A DNA stretch of 64,000 nt from Planctomycetota bacterium (GTDB lineage Bacteria; Planctomycetota; UBA1135; UBA2386). This document shows positions 1 to 11,142 of the stretch, in pieces. The notes under the pieces are model-generated. The model saw only the letters and a program-made list of their open reading frames with translations, had not been told where the DNA came from and ran no database searches. Position numbers and translations under genes: made by a program. Position 1 is the stretch's first letter, and the number at the start of each line of letters is the position of its first letter. The stretch lies in the NCBI GenBank assembly GCA_046290465.1, contig JBKAGP010000001.1:2656001-2720000 (forward strand), in the 5' to 3' direction.

Positions 1-884
1 AGGCACGCGCGCACCGTCGGCAGGTCGAGCTGGCCGAGGTAGAAGAACCGGTCCTGCAGGCCGCGGTCCTTGACCCACGGCAGGATGCGCTTCTCCATCC
101 AGCCGAACAGGTCGCGGCCGCCAAACACGAACGCGATGTCCGGGTAGTCCTCGAGCGTCTTCTCGACCATCTCCTTGAGGATGTGAACGCCCTTGCGCTC
201 CTCCATCCGGTTGGCGAAGAAGATCAGCTTCTTGTCCTTCGGGATGCCGAACTGCTCATGGATGTCGATGCCGTCGTCGCGGTCGAACATCTCCACGTCG
301 ATGCCGTTCGGGATCACGTGGATCGGCTTCTGCTCGTGCATCTTGGTGGCGACCTCGTCGGCGAGGAAGCCGCTGCACGAGGTCAGCACCTCGGCCTGGT
401 TGATGCCCAGCTGCTCGACGAACGAACACACCTCGCGATCGATGCGCGGCGTGTCGTAGATGTTCATGATCAGGCGCGCCGGCGAGTGGAACTTGATCGC
501 CGTCGGCACCTGCAGCAGCGTGCTCGTCATCAGCGAGTCCGCGCCGCACTCGGGCGCCTCGATGAAGTCGAACGGCTTCTTGTCGTGCTCGTGCGCGAAC
601 GCCTCGAACGCCGCGTAGCCGGTGCGCAGACGGTTCTCCGACCACCACGCGCGTCGCTGCCGCAGGCTCTCGAGCGCGCCGTGGAACCAGCCCTCCCGCT
701 TGATGCGGGTGATCTTGAGGCCGTCGCGCTCGGTGTGCGTGATGCCGTTCTCGGTCGAGCCGGCGAACACGTGCACGTCGTGGCCGAGCTTGGCCAGCGC
801 CCGCGACTGGTAGTAGGAGTAGGTGCCGATGCCGCCGAAGCCGGTCTCCGGCGGATACTCGTAGCTGAGGACTGCGATGCGCAT
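1..884 (-). CDS. Glycosyltransferase family 4 (GT-B fold), runs off the window edge
   Basis: Read manually because it is not in the ORF track. ATG at 884 gives MRIAVLSYEYPPETGFGGIGTY...LAKLGHDVHV...VIPNGID...FFANRMEERKG, typical GT4 motifs. Lies 21 bp downstream of galE. Confidence 0.88.
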   Translation of the reverse strand, partial: MRIAVLSYEYPPETGFGGIGTYSYYQSRALAKLGHDVHVFAGSTENGITHTERDGLKITRIKREGWFHGALESLRQRRAWWSENRLRTGYAAFEAFAHEHDKKPFDFIEAPECGADSLMTSTLLQVPTAIKFHSPARLIMNIYDTPRIDREVCSFVEQLGINQAEVLTSCSGFLADEVATKMHEQKPIHVIPNGIDVEMFDRDDGIDIHEQFGIPKDKKLIFFANRMEERKGVHILKEMVEKTLEDYPDIAFVFGGRDLFGWMEKRILPWVKDRGLQDRFFYLGQLDLPTVRAC

Positions 885-905
885 GGGGATGGGGATCTGC
901 TCGGG

Positions 906-1925
906 CTAGCCCTTCGGGAGGGACTGCTGCCAACGCCAGGCGTCGGCCATCGACTGCGTCAACGGTAGCTCGGCACGCCAGCCCAGCACGTCTTTCGCCT
1001 TCTCGGTGTCGGCGAACGCCTCGACGACGTCTCCGGGTCGGCGGTCGGCGAAGTCCCACTTCAGCTCGGCGCCGGTCGCCTCGGTGAACGCGTTGAGCAC
1101 CTCGAGCACCGTCGAGCCGGTGCCGGTGCCGAGGTTGAACACCTCCAGCGGCTGCTCGCACTTGCCGGCCAGCAGTCGCTCCATCGCGAGGATGTGCGCC
1201 TTGGCGACGTCGACGACGTGGATGTAGTCGCGGATGCAGGTGCCGTCGCGCGTCGGGTAGTCGTTGCCGAACACCTTCAGCGGGCCGCGCAGGCCGGCGG
1301 CGCTCTGGGTGATGAACGGCACCAGGTTCTGCGGCACGCCGAGCGGCAGCTCGCCGATCTTGGCGCTCGGGTGCGCCCCGACCGGGTTGAAGTAGCGCAG
1401 CGCGATCACCTGGAAGCCGTGCGCACGGGCGCCGTCACGCAGCACCTCCTCGCCGATCTGCTTGGTGTTGCCGTACGGCGACTCGGCCGGCTTGACCGGT
1501 GCGTTCTCGCGGATCGGCAGCTCGTCGGCCTGGCCGTAGACCGTGCAGGACGAGCTGAAGATGAACGCGCAGCTCGGCTTCTGCCGCACGAACTGCAGCA
1601 GGTTGACCAGCGAGCCAAGGTTGTTGTGGTAGTAGTCGAGCGGCTTCTCGACCGACTCGCCCACCGCCTTGTGCGCAGCGAAGTGGATGATGCCGTCGAG
1701 GTCCTCGTGCTCGGCGAGGAACGCCGCGCAGGCCGCGGTGTCCGCCAGATCGACGTCCTGCCACTGCGGCCGCTTGCCGGTGATCGCCTCGATGCCGTCG
1801 AGCACCTCCGGCCGGGTGTTCGCCAGGTTGTCGGCGATGACGACGTCGTGGCCGCGCTCGAGCAGCTCGACCGCGGTGTGCGAGCCGATGTAGCCGAGGC
1901 CGCCGGTGACCAGAACCTTGCTCAT
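906..1925 (-). CDS. galE: UDP-glucose 4-epimerase
   Basis: GGLGYIGSHT NAD-binding motif, HFAAHKAVGES, SSSCTVYG, YGNTK (YxxxK), LRYFNPVGAH, RDYIHV. Confidence 0.96.
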   Translation of the reverse strand: MSKVLVTGGLGYIGSHTAVELLERGHDVVIADNLANTRPEVLDGIEAITGKRPQWQDVDLADTAACAAFLAEHEDLDGIIHFAAHKAVGESVEKPLDYYHNNLGSLVNLLQFVRQKPSCAFIFSSSCTVYGQADELPIRENAPVKPAESPYGNTKQIGEEVLRDGARAHGFQVIALRYFNPVGAHPSAKIGELPLGVPQNLVPFITQSAAGLRGPLKVFGNDYPTRDGTCIRDYIHVVDVAKAHILAMERLLAGKCEQPLEVFNLGTGTGSTVLEVLNAFTEATGAELKWDFADRRPGDVVEAFADTEKAKDVLGWRAELPLTQSMADAWRWQQSLPKG

Positions 1926-1940
1926 GGATCGTCCTTCGTC

Positions 1941-2927
<987 letters not shown>

Positions 2928-2987
2928 GATCGTCGGATGGGTCGGAGCGGGTGCTGGTGTGGTGCGTCGGACGTCGGACGCGCCACC

Positions 2988-4319
2988 CTAGTTGCTCGGC
3001 GTCGCGTTGGCGACGCCGATGCCAGCGTAGTGGAAGCCTTGCCTGGCAAGCTCCTCACCGCTGTAGATGTTGCGGCCGTCGAACACCGCAGCGCCGCGCA
3101 TCGACGACTTGACGCGCGACCAGTCCGGCACGCGGAACTCGCGCCATTCGGTCACCAGCAGCAGGCCGTCGGCGCCGGCGAGCGCCGCGTAGGCGTCCTC
3201 GGCGTACTGGATCTTGTCGCCGATCATGTGCTTGGCCTCGCCCATCGCGACCGGGTCGTAGGCGGTGACCGTCGCACCGGCCTCGAGCAGCTGCTCGCAC
3301 AGCACCAGCGCCGGCGCCTCGCGCATGTCGTCGGTCTCCGGCTTGAAGCTGAGCCCCCACATCGCGAAGTGCTTGCCCTTCAGGTCGCCGTAGTGCGCCT
3401 TGACCTTGTTGTAGAGCACCGACTTCTGGTCCTCGTTGACGTCCTCGACCGACTGCAGGATGCGCAGCTTGTAGCCGTTCTCGTCGCCGGTGCGGACCAG
3501 CGCCTTGACGTCCTTGGGGAAGCAGCTGCCGCCGTAGCCGATGCCCGGGTAGATGAAGCGGTTGCCGATGCGCGGGTCGCTGCCGATGCCCTTGCGCACC
3601 GCGTTGACGTCGGCGCCGAGCAGTTCGCACAGGTTGGCGATGTCGTTCATGAACGAGATCTTGGTCGCCAGCATCGCGTTGGCCGCGTACTTGGTCATCT
3701 CGGCCGACGGCACGTCCATGAAGTAGACCGGGTGGCCGTTGAGCGTGAACGGCTTGTAGAGGCGCGCCAGCACCTCCTGGGCGCGATCGCTCGAGACGCC
3801 GCAGACGATCCGGTCGGGCTTCATGAAGTCCTCGATCGCCGCCCCCTCCTTGAGGAACTCCGGGTTGCTCGCCACGTCGAACGCGAGGTCCGAGTTGCGC
3901 GCCGCCAGCGCCGCGACCAGCTCCTTGCGCACCTTCTCGGCCGTGCCGACCGGCACCGTGCTCTTGGTGATGACGACCAGGTAGTCGTCCATCTTCTCGC
4001 CGATCTCCTTGGCGACCGCCAGCACATAGCGCAGGTCGGCGCTGCCGTCCTCACCGGGGGGCGTGCCGACCGCGATGAACGCGGCCTCGGCGCCCTGCAC
4101 GGCCTCACTGAGGTCCGTGGTGAAGTGGAGACGGCCGGCCTTGGTGTTGCGCTCGACGATCTCCTCGAGGCCCGGCTCGTAGATCGGCAGGATGCCCTTG
4201 TGGAGGTTCGCGATCTTCTGCGCGTCGACATCGACACAGGTGACGTCCATGCCCACATCTGCGAGGCAGGAGCCGGTGACGAGGCCTACGTAGCCGGTTC
4301 CGACGACGGCGATTTTCAT
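2988..4319 (-). CDS. ugd: UDP-glucose 6-dehydrogenase
   Basis: Start refined to ATG 4319 (MKIAVVGTGYVG). KSTVPVGT, SNPEFLKEG, catalytic GYGGSCFPKD, FKPETDDMRE. Confidence 0.95.
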   Translation of the reverse strand: MKIAVVGTGYVGLVTGSCLADVGMDVTCVDVDAQKIANLHKGILPIYEPGLEEIVERNTKAGRLHFTTDLSEAVQGAEAAFIAVGTPPGEDGSADLRYVLAVAKEIGEKMDDYLVVITKSTVPVGTAEKVRKELVAALAARNSDLAFDVASNPEFLKEGAAIEDFMKPDRIVCGVSSDRAQEVLARLYKPFTLNGHPVYFMDVPSAEMTKYAANAMLATKISFMNDIANLCELLGADVNAVRKGIGSDPRIGNRFIYPGIGYGGSCFPKDVKALVRTGDENGYKLRILQSVEDVNEDQKSVLYNKVKAHYGDLKGKHFAMWGLSFKPETDDMREAPALVLCEQLLEAGATVTAYDPVAMGEAKHMIGDKIQYAEDAYAALAGADGLLLVTEWREFRVPDWSRVKSSMRGAAVFDGRNIYSGEELARQGFHYAGIGVANATPSN

Positions 4320-4608
4320 AGCTGAGACTGGGAGTTGTTGCGGACGTGGCCACCTTCGAGGCGGCCCGAACTCGGGCATCGACCGGGTTCCGCGACCGCC
4401 CGAAGGACGTTCCGGAAGCGCCGACCCCATCGGGACAGCGGGGCTCGACGGCCCCTGGCGAGAATTCGGAGCCGAGCGTTGTACCGAGTGCCCCTACGAC
4501 GCACCACCTCGGCGCGGTCTCTCATTGGCACAAAGGCGGATCTTCACGGGCCGAATCCGTGCCGCTGACGTGTGGACCGCGCGACCCTGCCGGATAGCCT
4601 GCTCTGCC

Positions 4609-5718
4609 GTGAGCGCTTCCGACGAACAGCAGATCGAGGCCCTGTCGAAGTTCGGCTACGACGCGGCCATGCAGAGGTCCTGGCAGCAGAAGGTCGCGGA
4701 CGGCACCTACGCCGCCGCCAACAACGTGGTCGACGCGCCGCTGCAGGCGCCGCCGCAGGACGAGCTGTCGTCGCTGCCGCCGTCCGGCTCGGCCGAACAC
4801 GACGAGCTGGTCCGGATCGGCCGCGAGGCGATCGCGCGCGGGGAGTTCGCGGTGTGCGTGCTCAACGGCGGCATGGCGACGCGCTTCGGCGGCGTCGTCA
4901 AGGGCGTCGTCGAGGTCCGCGACGGCCGCTCGTTCCTCGGCCTCGCCGTCGACAACGCACAGGCGGTCGCGCGCGCGGCCGGCGGCCGGATCCCGATCCT
5001 GCTGATGAACAGCTTCGCGACCGACGCGGCGACCAAGCAGCACTTCGCCGAGCACGACCGGTTCGGCGCGGCCGCCGACGACGTCGAGCACTTCACGCAG
5101 TTCGTGCAGCTGCGCATGACCGAGACCGGGGAGCTGTTCCGCCTCGACAACGGCGAGCTCGCGCCGTTCGGTCCGGGCCACGGCGACTTCGCGCCGGCGA
5201 TCAAGGCGTCGGGCTGCCTGCAGCGCTTCCTCGACCGCGGCGGCAAGTACGTGTTCGTGCGCAACGTCGACAACCTCGGCGCCCTCGCCGATCCGGCCGT
5301 GCTCGGCCACCACATCCGCAGCGGTCGACGGACCACCTGCGAGCTGGCGCCCAAGTGGGACGGCGACGTCGGCGGCGCGCCCTACCTCTACCGGGATCGC
5401 GTGCAGCTGGTCGAGCAGATCCGCTACCCCGAGGGCTTCGACGCCAGCATCGTCGACGTGTTCAACTGCAACACGATGACGTTCGACGCCGAGGCGCTGC
5501 TGCCGGACGTCGAGCTCGGCCGCTACTTCGTGCAGAAGTCCGTCGAGGGCCGCAAGGCGGTGCAGATCGAGCACCTGATCGGCGAGATGACCGCGCACCT
5601 GACGACCAACTGGCTGCAGATCGAGCGCGAAGGCCCGAACTCGCGCTTCCTGCCGATCAAGAAGCCCGACGAGCTGACCAGCCTGCGGCCGGCCATCGAC
5701 GCGCTGTACGGCGCGTAG
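4609..5718 (+). CDS. UTP--hexose-1-phosphate uridylyltransferase, eukaryote-like UDPGP family
   Basis: LNGGMATRFGG..K, LMNS, GPGHGD, FVRNVDNL, C-terminal RFLPIK. GTG start at 4609 is inferred. Divergent from ugd. Confidence 0.85.
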   Translation: MSASDEQQIEALSKFGYDAAMQRSWQQKVADGTYAAANNVVDAPLQAPPQDELSSLPPSGSAEHDELVRIGREAIARGEFAVCVLNGGMATRFGGVVKGVVEVRDGRSFLGLAVDNAQAVARAAGGRIPILLMNSFATDAATKQHFAEHDRFGAAADDVEHFTQFVQLRMTETGELFRLDNGELAPFGPGHGDFAPAIKASGCLQRFLDRGGKYVFVRNVDNLGALADPAVLGHHIRSGRRTTCELAPKWDGDVGGAPYLYRDRVQLVEQIRYPEGFDASIVDVFNCNTMTFDAEALLPDVELGRYFVQKSVEGRKAVQIEHLIGEMTAHLTTNWLQIEREGPNSRFLPIKKPDELTSLRPAIDALYGA

Positions 5719-5741
5719 CGCCGAGGCGTCCCGAGCCAGGC

Positions 5742-6584
5742 ATGCAGAACGAGGTCCGCAGTATCCCACCGGCACCGCGCCGCGTCCGGCTGCGGCCGCT
5801 GATCGCGCACCGCTGGCCGTTGCTGGCGATCGCGGCGCCGATGGTCGTCATGGGCAGCCTGATCGCGTGGGCGATGTTCCTGCAGTCCGGCGGCAAGTTC
5901 TCGCTCGGACCGCAGCTCGACACAGGGCCGACGCTGCTCGCCAACGGCACGGTGACCGAGGTCTACGACTCGGTCGAGTTCGACGACAAGGCGTGGAACG
6001 ACGTGCGCTACCGGTTCTCGTTCCGCGACACCAACCTGTACGGCGGTTCGTTCCTGCAGGCCGGCGACGGCGCCGACGCGGTGGCGGTCGGCGACACGGT
6101 CCAGGTCGAGGTGCTCGAACGCAACCCCAACGTCAACCGGATCGTCGGCGGCACGCTGCACATCGACCGTCGCTGGCTGCACGCGCAGTTCTGGATCGTC
6201 ATGCTGGTGACGCCGGGGGGCCTGATCCTGCTCGGCTGGCTGGCCGGCGTGCTGCAGCTGCGGCAGGTGCTCGCGCACGGCGACGTCTCGGTCGGCAAGG
6301 TGCTCGAGGTCGAGCCGGTGCGGCTGCTGCTGCCGGAGACGGTGCGGGTCACGTACGAGTTCCGTGACCACCGCGCCCGCTTGCGCAAGAATCGTCACTG
6401 GGTGCGCGCCCGCGGCGCGCTCGGCACTCGTCTGCAGGACTGGACGAAGGCCGCGCGTCGCGAAGCCCTGCCCGTCCTGCACGACCGCCGCATGCCGCAC
6501 TGGAACCGCATGCTGCTGCCCGAGGACTTCCTCGAACCGCACCTCGACCACGACGACCTCAAGGACCTGCTGTCCAGTGACTGA
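5742..6584 (+). CDS. Hypothetical membrane protein (2 TM, DUF3592-like beta regions)
   Basis: C-terminal part of the 4572..6584 ORF from ATG 5742. Two hydrophobic segments and V.Y.F motifs. Overlaps the dinG start. Confidence 0.7.
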   Translation: MQNEVRSIPPAPRRVRLRPLIAHRWPLLAIAAPMVVMGSLIAWAMFLQSGGKFSLGPQLDTGPTLLANGTVTEVYDSVEFDDKAWNDVRYRFSFRDTNLYGGSFLQAGDGADAVAVGDTVQVEVLERNPNVNRIVGGTLHIDRRWLHAQFWIVMLVTPGGLILLGWLAGVLQLRQVLAHGDVSVGKVLEVEPVRLLLPETVRVTYEFRDHRARLRKNRHWVRARGALGTRLQDWTKAARREALPVLHDRRMPHWNRMLLPEDFLEPHLDHDDLKDLLSSD

Positions 6585-8559
6585 CCTCCCCCTCGACGTG
6601 CGCACGCTGCTGGGCCCCGAGGGCCCGATCGCGCGGCGGCTGCCGGACTTCGAGGTTCGCCCCCAGCAGCTCGACCTCAGCCTCGCCGTCGAACGGGCGC
6701 TGCAGGACCGCCAACACCTGATCGCCGAGGCCGGCACCGGCACCGGCAAGTCGTTCGCCTACCTGCTGCCGGCCGCGATGTATGCCGACCAGCACCAGGG
6801 CGAGGGGCCGGTGGTGATCTCGACGCGCACGATCGCGCTGCAGGAACAGCTCGAGCAGAAGGACCTGCCGTTCCTGCACGCGGTGCTGCCGTTCGAGTGG
6901 TCGTCGGTCACCGCGATCGGCCGCAACAACTACCTGTGCCTGCGCCGCATGAACCAGGCCGAACGCGAACAGGCCGGCCTGTTCGAGGATCCGGAGCGGC
7001 ACGCGCAGATGCGCAAGATCGTCGACTGGTCGCTCAACGCCAGCGACGGCACCCGCCAGGAGCTCGACTTCCCGCCGCGACCGGAGGTCTGGGAAGAGGT
7101 CCAGGCCGAGCACGGCAACTGCCTGCAGCGCGCCTGCAAGCACTACGACCAGTGTTACTGGCAGCGCGCGCGGCGGCGCATGCAGACCGCGCAGGTGCTG
7201 GTCGTCAACCACGCGCTCTACTTCGCCGACCTGGCGCTGCGCATCGCCGGCGCGTCCTACCTGCCGGCCCACCGCGTGGTCGTCTTCGACGAGGCCCACC
7301 ACCTCGAACGCACCGCGACCGAGAGCCTCGGCCTGCGCGTCGGCCGCAGCACGGTGGGCTGGCATCTGCGCCGCATCCACAAGCGCCGCGGCGACCGCAC
7401 GCTGCTGGCCCGCTACGGGACCGGCGCGGCCAAGCTGCTGTGGGAGGAGGCGCGGCAGCTCTCGGACGCGTTCTTCGACTCGCTGCAGGAGCGCCTGCAG
7501 AACGGCGCGCACGGCAGTTCGTCGGGCGACGGCGCGGCGCTGCACGACGAGGTCGTCGAAGAAGGGCTGTCGCCGATCCTGCGGGCGCTCAGCGGCGAGC
7601 TGGCGTCGGCGGCGATGCGCACCGAGCACGTCGACGCGCAGATGGAGCTGCAGGCGCGCGCCAACGGCCTCGACGGGCTGTGCCAGATGCTCAAGGCGCT
7701 GTGCGTTCCGAACCCGGCGGCCGAGACCCAGCTGGTGCGCTGGCTCGAACCGTCGCGACACGGCGCGCAGCTGTGCGGCGCCCCGCTCGACGTCAGCGGC
7801 GCCCTGCGGCAGCACCTGTTCGAAGGCGGCGCGACCGCGATCCTGACCAGCGCGACGCTGGCGACCGGCGACGACGACCAGTTCACGTGGCTGCGCAAGC
7901 AGATCGGCCTCGACCGGGCCGAGACGCTGCGGGTCGGCTCGCCGTTCGACTACGACCGCGCGGTCGACTTCGTGATCGAGGAGGCGATGCCGGATCCGTC
8001 GCGCGAATCGCACAGCTACCGCCGCGAGGTCGCCGAGCGCACCGAGCGCCACATCCTCGACAACGGCGGCCGGGCGCTGATCCTGTGCACGTCGTGGGAC
8101 TTCGTGCGGCACCTGGCGCAGCAGCTGCGGCCGGCGTGCAACGCCGAGGGGATCGAGCTGTTGGTGCAGGGCGAGCAGCCGTTGGCGCGCCTGCTCGAGC
8201 GCAAGCGCGACGTCGAGACGTCGGTGCTGATCGGCACCGACAGCCTGTGGGAGGGCATCGACGTGCGCGGCGACGCGCTGACGCTGCTGGTGGTGACGCG
8301 GCTGCCGTTCGCGAGCCCGGGCCACCCGCTGACCCAGGCGCGCATGAACCTGATGAAGCAGCGCGGCCAGGACCCGTTCGGCGAGCACTCGCTGCCCGAG
8401 GCGATCCTGAAGTTCCGCCAGGGGTTTGGCCGGCTGATCCGCGGCCAGCGCGATCGAGGCAAGGTCGTGCTGATGGATCCCCGTGTCAGGACAAAGGGTT
8501 ACGGCCGACGGTTCGTCAGCGCGCTGCCGTTCTCGGACGACTACCAGCCCGAAAGCTGA
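6577..8559 (+). CDS. dinG: DinG/YoaA-family ATP-dependent DNA helicase
   Basis: EAGTGTGKS Walker A, GRNNYLC plus C..C..C Fe-S ligands, DEAH, SATL, WEGIDV, QGFGRLIR. GTG start at 6577. Confidence 0.93.
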   Translation: MTDLPLDVRTLLGPEGPIARRLPDFEVRPQQLDLSLAVERALQDRQHLIAEAGTGTGKSFAYLLPAAMYADQHQGEGPVVISTRTIALQEQLEQKDLPFLHAVLPFEWSSVTAIGRNNYLCLRRMNQAEREQAGLFEDPERHAQMRKIVDWSLNASDGTRQELDFPPRPEVWEEVQAEHGNCLQRACKHYDQCYWQRARRRMQTAQVLVVNHALYFADLALRIAGASYLPAHRVVVFDEAHHLERTATESLGLRVGRSTVGWHLRRIHKRRGDRTLLARYGTGAAKLLWEEARQLSDAFFDSLQERLQNGAHGSSSGDGAALHDEVVEEGLSPILRALSGELASAAMRTEHVDAQMELQARANGLDGLCQMLKALCVPNPAAETQLVRWLEPSRHGAQLCGAPLDVSGALRQHLFEGGATAILTSATLATGDDDQFTWLRKQIGLDRAETLRVGSPFDYDRAVDFVIEEAMPDPSRESHSYRREVAERTERHILDNGGRALILCTSWDFVRHLAQQLRPACNAEGIELLVQGEQPLARLLERKRDVETSVLIGTDSLWEGIDVRGDALTLLVVTRLPFASPGHPLTQARMNLMKQRGQDPFGEHSLPEAILKFRQGFGRLIRGQRDRGKVVLMDPRVRTKGYGRRFVSALPFSDDYQPES

Positions 8560-8639
8560 GGCGGCCGGCGGACCTGCCGGCGCGGTCGGAATCGTGCCGA
8601 CCGCGCGACAGGAATCCCGAACCGGGGGCCACTCTGGGG

Positions 8640-8665
8640 CTATCGCAGTGATATCATTTCGATAG
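8640..8665. promoter_or_regulatory. Palindromic candidate operator upstream of the SPFH-Arc operon
   Basis: CTATCG-CAG-TGATATCA-TTT-CGATAG, an AT-rich dyad about 30 bp upstream of ATG 8695. Confidence 0.6.
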
Positions 8666-8694
8666 AATCCAATCACCACCAGAGGAACCGCCCC

Positions 8695-9594
8695 ATGTCC
8701 AACCAATCGAACGAACGGACCTACCAGTCGCCCGGCTCGGGAATCGCCTTCCTGCTGCTCGGCATCCTGTTGATCGCCTCGAGCGTCGCCAGCCTGATCG
8801 TCGGCGCCATCAACATGAAGCGCGGCAACGCGAAGCTCGGCGCGACCCTGCTGATCTCGCTGCCGGTGCAGATCATCGGGGCGGTGCTGGTGCTGCGCGG
8901 CCTCGTGGTCGTCAACCCCAACCAGGCCAAGGTCGTGATCCTGTTCGGCAACTACCGCGGCTCGCTGCGGCAGGACGGCTTCTGGTGGGTCAACCCGTTC
9001 TCGGTGCGCCGCGCGATCAGCCTGCGCGCGCACAACTTCAACAGCGACCACCTGAAGGTGAACGACCTGCGCGGCAACCCGATCGAGATCGGCGCCGTGG
9101 TCGTCTGGCGCGTTCGCGACACGGCGCAGGCGGCGTTCGACGTCGAGGACCACATGAGCTACGTCGAGGTGCAGACCGAGTCGGCGCTGCGCCACCTGGC
9201 GTCGCTGCACCCCTACGACACGCCGCACGACGACGAGACGTCGCTGCGCGGCAGCAGCGAGTCGATCAACCATGAGCTGCAGGGCGAGCTCGAGCAGCGG
9301 CTGGCGCGCGCCGGCATCGAGGTGCTCGAAGCGCGGCTGAGCCACCTGGCCTACGCGCCGGAGATCGCCGGAGCGATGCTGCAGCGCCAGCAGGCCGAGG
9401 CGATCATCGACGCGCGCACCCGCATCGTCGACGGCGCCTGCAGCATGGTCGAGATGGCGCTCGAGCAGCTCGACAAGAACTCGGTCGTCGAACTCGACAA
9501 CGAACGCAAGGCCCAGATGATCACCAACCTGCTGGTCGTGCTCTGCTCCGAACGCACCCAGCCGGTCGTCAACGCCGGCACGCTCTACGGCTAG
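8695..9594 (+). CDS. SPFH/band 7 domain membrane protein
   Basis: Two N-terminal TMs, [43 protein letters not shown]-terminal VNAGTLY. Confidence 0.92.
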   Translation: MSNQSNERTYQSPGSGIAFLLLGILLIASSVASLIVGAINMKRGNAKLGATLLISLPVQIIGAVLVLRGLVVVNPNQAKVVILFGNYRGSLRQDGFWWVNPFSVRRAISLRAHNFNSDHLKVNDLRGNPIEIGAVVVWRVRDTAQAAFDVEDHMSYVEVQTESALRHLASLHPYDTPHDDETSLRGSSESINHELQGELEQRLARAGIEVLEARLSHLAYAPEIAGAMLQRQQAEAIIDARTRIVDGACSMVEMALEQLDKNSVVELDNERKAQMITNLLVVLCSERTQPVVNAGTLYG

Positions 9595-9605
9595 CACCTT
9601 CCGCC

Positions 9606-9791
9606 GTGGCCGAGAAGAAGGACAAGAAGGGCTTCCTGCTGCGCATCCCCCCGTCGCTGTTCGAAGAGCTGCGGCGGTGGGCAGAGCAGGACATGCGCAG
9701 CATCAACGGCCAGATCGAGTGGATCCTCCGCGACGCCCTCCGTCGCCGCGGCCGGCCCCCGACCAAGGACGAAGCCCCGCCCGACAAGTAG
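9606..9791 (+). CDS. Arc-family ribbon-helix-helix DNA-binding protein
   Basis: KGFLLRIPPSLFEELRRWAEQDMRSINGQIEWIL matches the Arc-like RHH pattern. Starts 11 bp after SPFH. Confidence 0.85.
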   Translation: MAEKKDKKGFLLRIPPSLFEELRRWAEQDMRSINGQIEWILRDALRRRGRPPTKDEAPPDK

Positions 9792-9827
9792 CCCCTCCCG
9801 ACAAACAGCCCCCTCTGACGAGTAGCC
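9773..9827. repeat. Three degenerate 17-bp tandem units spanning the Arc gene stop
   Basis: agccccgcccgacaagt / agcccctcccgacaaac / agccccctctgacgagt / agcc. Confidence 0.6.
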
Positions 9828-9886
9828 TCGGTCCGATCGTCTGGCTCCGGCAGCAGAACCTTCCCTCCGGGCGGCGGGGGCCGCGT

Positions 9887-11047
9887 TCAGGCGCCGGAGG
9901 GGAAGTAGCGCTTCAGCGCGAGGAACCACCGCTCGAACAGGTTCCAGCTGATCCACGCGAGCAGCCAGCTGCAGACGACCACCAACGCGGTGAACGCGAC
10001 CGTCGCCCAGACCGGCGACAGCGCGTGCGGCATGCTGCTCAGCCCCGCACTCAGCAGCGCGACCGGTTGCCGCAGCCACTCGGGCCAGGATGCCGGCGCG
10101 GCCGCGTGCGGAATCGCCAGCCGGGTCAGCTGTTCGACCACCAGCATGTGCGTCAGGTAGATGCAGTAGCTGTACTTGCCGAGCGAACGCAGCGGCCACA
10201 GGCCGAACAACGGCTGCAGCACGCGCGACGAGCGGGCGAGCGAGAGCATGCCGACCCCAAGCAGCAACGCCGACAACAGCCCCCAGCTCTGCTGCGCCGG
10301 GGTCGCCGGGATCGACGAGCCGCTGACGAAGCCGGTCGTGACCAGGCCGGCGAGCCCGAGCGGCGTGGCGAGCCAGCCGAGCCACGCGCCGGGTCGTGGG
10401 ATCACCGCGAACAGCGCGCCCGCCGCCAGCGTGTCGAGGCGGCACGGCGTCAGGAAGTGCGTGCCGTCGAACCCGGCATCGACGAGCCAGACCCGCAGGC
10501 CGATCGCGCCGACGATCATCGCGACGCAGACGACGCGCAGCACCCGCGTCGACACCAGCCAGACCAGCGCCGGCCACAGCAGGTAGAACTGCTCTTCGAT
10601 CGCCAGCGACCAGGTGATGTGCCGCGCCGGGTCGATGATCTCGCCGTGCACGAACGCATAGCGGAGGTTCTGGTAGTAGAGCAGGTGCGCGACCTGGTCC
10701 CCGGCGGTCGCCGGCGGCCGCGGCAGCACGAACAGCAGCAGCACGATCACCAGGTAGTAGAGCGGGAAGATCCGCAGCGACCGCCGCATGTAGAAGTTGC
10801 GGAAGTAGCGCGGGCTGCCCTTGGTGCGCACCAGGATCCCGGTGATCAGGAAGCCGCTCAGCACGAAGAACACGTCGACCCCGCTCCAACCCAGGAACGC
10901 GACGCGCGCATACGGGTCGGCCATCGGATCGAGGCCGTATAGCGGCGCCACGAACAGGCTGTGCATGACCAGCACGAACAGGATCGCGAAGCCGCGCACG
11001 CCGTCGAGCGCGGCGATGCGTTCGGGCTCGTGCGTGGTCGTGCTCAT
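9887..11047 (-). CDS. Acyltransferase family 3 (OafA-like O-acyltransferase)
   Basis: LDGVRGFAIL..H, GVDVFFVLSGFLI, RRSLRIFPLY, WSLAIEEQFY, SYCIYLTH. ATG at 11047. Confidence 0.92.
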   Translation of the reverse strand: MSTTTHEPERIAALDGVRGFAILFVLVMHSLFVAPLYGLDPMADPYARVAFLGWSGVDVFFVLSGFLITGILVRTKGSPRYFRNFYMRRSLRIFPLYYLVIVLLLFVLPRPPATAGDQVAHLLYYQNLRYAFVHGEIIDPARHITWSLAIEEQFYLLWPALVWLVSTRVLRVVCVAMIVGAIGLRVWLVDAGFDGTHFLTPCRLDTLAAGALFAVIPRPGAWLGWLATPLGLAGLVTTGFVSGSSIPATPAQQSWGLLSALLLGVGMLSLARSSRVLQPLFGLWPLRSLGKYSYCIYLTHMLVVEQLTRLAIPHAAAPASWPEWLRQPVALLSAGLSSMPHALSPVWATVAFTALVVVCSWLLAWISWNLFERWFLALKRYFPSGA

Positions 11048-11084
11048 GCGCTGTGAGTTGTCGCGTCCGCCCCCCGAAATGCAA

Positions 11085-11116
11085 CAGCCCTCGCCCACCG
11101 ATGTGGGCGAGGGCTG
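11085..11116 (-). terminator. Probable intrinsic terminator after the POT transporter
   Basis: Perfect 14-bp stem cagccctcgcccac/gtgggcgagggctg, followed on the minus strand by TTGCATTT. Confidence 0.65.
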
Positions 11117-11142
11117 CTCGGGGCGGATCCCTGCGATCGGCG

